From positions 620,001 through 684,000 of the forward strand of contig OZ287068.1 in assembly GCA_965645245.1 (NCBI GenBank): a DNA stretch of 64,000 nucleotides, given 5' to 3'. The stretch is from Massalongia carnosa. Taxonomy: Eukaryota. This document shows, piece after piece, positions 63,690 to 64,000 of this stretch (positions are counted from its first letter, which is position 1; every line of letters begins with the position of its first letter). The notes under the pieces are model-generated. The model was not told the origin of the DNA, ran no database searches, and was given only the letters and a program-made list of their open reading frames with translations. The position numbers and the translations under genes were made by a program.

Positions 63690-64000
63690 TGGTTTGATGT
63701 CCTTTCCAGATTTCCAAATTTCAGATTAATATGACTACATATCGCTGTATCGAAGTGCTTGGTTGACGAAGTGTGACGATGGACGAATGAGCAGTCATGC
63801 TGGCTGATGTTTTGCATGTTAGGTAGTATGATAGAGAAAGGGGAGACCCACTACATACCTTAGGTATATAGGTTGTTGAAACAGTGGCTCTCATGTTATC
63901 TAGGCAAATAGAGTGAAATTCAACCAAGCAGATCTAGGCACCTGTCGACCTTGGCACTCTGTAAGTAGGTCCTCTTCACACTGACGGTACAGTTAGTATC

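Overview
Eukaryotic, intron-containing DNA from a filamentous ascomycete (short GT-AG introns with CTAAC/CTAAT/CTGAC branch sites; Pezizomycotina-type genes; a lichen-forming/Lecanoromycetes origin is possible but not demonstrable here). About 16 intact genes are supported, mostly conserved housekeeping or signalling genes: two hybrid histidine kinases, TBC Rab-GAP, allantoicase, ankyrin+DIL protein, M13 peptidase, Lte1-like RasGEF, cytochrome b561, FSH1 hydrolase, Kxd1, Cir_N protein, Sec18/NSF and HymA/MO25. There is also one decayed flavin monooxygenase. The most unusual part is an accessory-looking stretch (~10.6-16.4 kb). It holds a lone intact gene (13548-14783, minus) with a 27-bp nonad repeat (FATKDDLKA, a beta-layer trimeric coiled-coil signature) followed by a segment resembling the DUF1773/Mug135 C-terminal domain. 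This architecture recalls the single-gene toxin-antidote meiotic driver Tdk1. No rRNA, tRNA, CRISPR array or intact transposon was recognised. All assignments are by eye and no database searches were run.
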